From the NCBI GenBank assembly GCA_002269645.1, contig NIVC01000108.1:1-64000 (forward strand): a stretch of 64,000 nucleotides of DNA, read 5' to 3'. How positions within the stretch are numbered: position 1 is the first letter of the stretch; each line of letters starts with the position of its first letter. Positions 61,258 through 64,000 of this stretch are shown here, piece after piece. The position numbers and the translations under genes were made by a program. The notes beneath the pieces were generated by a model that did not search any database, was not told the DNA's origin, and saw only the letters and a program-made list of their open reading frames with translations. This DNA is from Macrostomum lignano. Taxonomy: Eukaryota.

Positions 61258-64000
61258 TTCTGATCCCCTACCCCTAATGTACACTCTCACCGGCTGATCC
61301 CCTACCCCTAATGTACACTCTCACCGGCTGATCCCCTACCCCTAATGTACACTCTCACCGGCTGATCCCCTACCCCCATTGTACACTCTCACCGGCTGAT
61401 CCCCTACCCCCAATGTACACTCTCACCGGCTGATCCCCTACCCCCAATGTACACTCTCACCGGCTGATCCCCTACCCCCAATGTACACTCTCACCGACTG
61501 ATCCCCTACCCCCAATGTACACTCTCACCGACTGATCCCCTACCCCCAATGTACACCCTCACCGACTGATCCCCTACCCCCAATGTACACTCTCACCGGC
61601 TGATCCCCTACCCCCAATGTACACTCTCACCGGCTGATCCCCTACCCCCAATGTACACTCTCACCGGCTGATCCCCTACCCCCAATGTACACTCTCACCG
61701 GCTGATCCCCTACCCCCAATGTACACTCTCACCGGCTGATCCCCTACCCCCAATGTACACTCTCCCCAACCGATTCCTACTCCCAATGTACACTCCCCAA
61801 CCAATCCTTACCCCCAATGTACACTCTCCCCATCTGATCCCTACCCCCAATGTACACTCCCCAACCGATCCCTACCCCCAATGTACACTCTCCCCAACCA
61901 ATCCTTACCCCCAATGTACACTCTCCCCATCTGATCCCCTACCCCCAATGTACACTCTCCCCATCTGATCCCCTACCCCCAATGTACACTCTCCCCATCT
62001 GATCCCCTACCCCCAATGTACACTCTCCAAAACTCCCCATCCTCCAGTTTACCCTATAGAGTACTGTGCTATCAATGCGTTTGTATGCTCACAAGGGTTT
62101 TATATTCCACTCTGTTGTGGAATATTCCTGTTTGATTCAAAAATTTTTTTTCTATCTAAAGTTTTGTAATGCAAAATTGTGCTTAGCTTTCCAAAACCGT
62201 TGCAGATCTCTCGATAATTTTTGACATCGCTTTTACATGACTCTAGTTTTGCAGCGACATGTTTATGTAGAAATATTTTTGTTGAATTATACTTAATTAT
62301 AAAGGTGTGTTCTAAATTCTTCTTCTTCTATATTCATTATTAATTTGCTTATTATTTGCATGAGTTAGTAAAAAAGTAATATTTTATTAGATATTCAAAA
62401 CACTGTTTTTTCCTATCATAGATTACTAATCTAGCCTATCATGGGTGCAGGAATAGAATGGATTGCTAATCTAGCCTATCATGGGTGCAGGAATAGAATG
62501 GATTGCTAATCTAGCCTATCATGGGTGCAGGAATAGAATGGATTGCTAATCTAGCCTATCATGGGTGCAGGAATAGAATGGATTGCTAATCTAGCCTATC
62601 ATGGGTGCAGGGATAGAATGGATTGCTAATCTAGCCTATCATGGATGCAGGAATAGAATGGATTGCTAATCTAGCCTATCATGGATGCAGGGATAGAATG
62701 GATTGCTAATCTAGCCTATCATGGGTGCAGGAATAGAATGGGTTGCTAATCTAGCCTATCATGGGTGTAGGAATAGAATGGATTGCTAATCTAGCCTATC
62801 ATGGATGCAGGAATAGAATGGATTGCTAATCTAGCCTATCACAGATGCAGGAATAGAATGGATTGCTAATCTAGCCTATCATGGGTGCAGGAATAGAATG
62901 GATTGCTAATCTAGCCAATCATGGGTGCAGGGATAGAATGGATTGCTAATCTAGCCTATCATGGGTGCAGGGATAGAATGGATTGCTAATCTAGCCAATC
63001 ATGGGTGCAGGGATAGAATGGATTGCTAATCTAGCCTATCATGGGTGCAGGGATAGAATGGATTGCTAATCTAGCCTATCATGGATGCAGGAATAGAATG
63101 GATTGCTAATCTAGCCAATCCTGGGTGCAGGGATAGAATGGATTGCTAATCTAGCAAATCATGGGTGCAGGAATAGAATGGATTGCTAATCTAGCCTATC
63201 ATGGGTGCAGGAATAGAATGGGTTGCTAATCTAGCCTATCATGGGTGTAGGAATAGAATGGATTGCTAATCTAGCCTATCATGGATGCAGGAATAGAATG
63301 GATTGCTAATCTAGCCTATCACAGATGCAGGAATAGAATGGATTGCTAATCTAGCCTATCATGGGTGCAGGAATAGAATGGATTGCTAATCTAGCCAATC
63401 ATGGGTGCAGGGATAGAATGGATTGCTAATCTAGCCTATCATGGGTGCAGGATAGAATGGATTGCTAATCTAGCCAATCATGGGTGCAGGGATAGAATGG
63501 ATTGCTAATCTAGCCTATCATGGGTGCAGGGATAGAATGGATTGCTAATCTAGCCTATCATGGATGCAGGAATAGAATGGATTGCTAATCTAGCCAATCA
63601 TGGGTGCAGGGATAGAATGGATTGCTAATCTAGCCAATCATGGGTGCAGGAATAGAATGGATTGCTAATCTAGCCTATCATGGATGCAGGGATAGAATGG
63701 ATTGCTAATCTAGCCTATCATGGATGCAGGAATAGAATGGATTGCTAATCTAGCCTATCACAGATGCAGGAATAGAATGGATTGCTAATCTAGCCTATCA
63801 TGGGTGCAGGAATAGAATGGATTGCTAATCTAGCCAATCATGGGTGCAGGGATAGAATGGATTGCTAATCTAGCCTATCATGGGTGCAGGAATAGAATGG
63901 ATTGCTAATCTAGCCTATCATGGGTGCAGGGATAGAATGGATTGCTAATCTAGCCTATCATGGGTGCAGGAATAGAATGGATTGCTAATCTAGCCTATCA
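61258..64000. repeat. 34-bp satellite (61258-62035) and 40-bp satellite (62410 to window end)
   Basis: Units CTGATCCCCTACCCCCAATGTACACTCTCACCGG and CTAATCTAGCCTATCATGGGTGCAGGAATAGAATGGATTG. Confidence 0.95.

Noticed and set aside
15351-64000. Three unrelated satellites share a 41-bp unit and one has 40 bp, hinting at helical-turn periodicity
   Set aside because: Other units (17, 18, 23, 26, 27, 28, 29, 34, 39 bp) do not fit, and the sample is too small.

Overview
Eukaryotic (metazoan) genomic DNA with GC-rich exons and introns mostly filled with minisatellites. The style is most consistent with a free-living flatworm such as Macrostomum, but that is inference only. Eight spliced genes can be reconstructed by hand: a six-finger C2H2 protein (+), an MCCC2-like carboxyltransferase beta paralog (-), BRAP/IMP (-), XRN1 (-, two single-base frameshifts), TMEM19 (+), DNA ligase III (+), a CYP2-clan P450 (-) and pirin (+). 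XRN1-BRAP-MCCC2-like and TMEM19-LIG3 are co-oriented clusters whose intergenic gaps are largely satellite. Every start codon sits just behind a splice acceptor, which suggests spliced-leader trans-splicing and operons. Mobile DNA includes a head-to-tail Helitron-like concatemer carrying satellites, a tRNA-like cassette and a nested solo LTR (1-7140), a decayed mariner, and several MITEs concentrated in the two divergent-promoter regions. The most unusual observations are: (1) a 41-bp satellite whose unit encodes the C2H2 linker HTGERPY, sitting next to a decayed zinc-finger relic; (2) a nested ORF inside TMEM19 intron 3 resembling a P-element-type transposase C-terminus; (3) satellites built from splice-signal motifs; and (4) satellite-filled putative intercistronic spacers. 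All coordinates were read by eye and no database searches were run.
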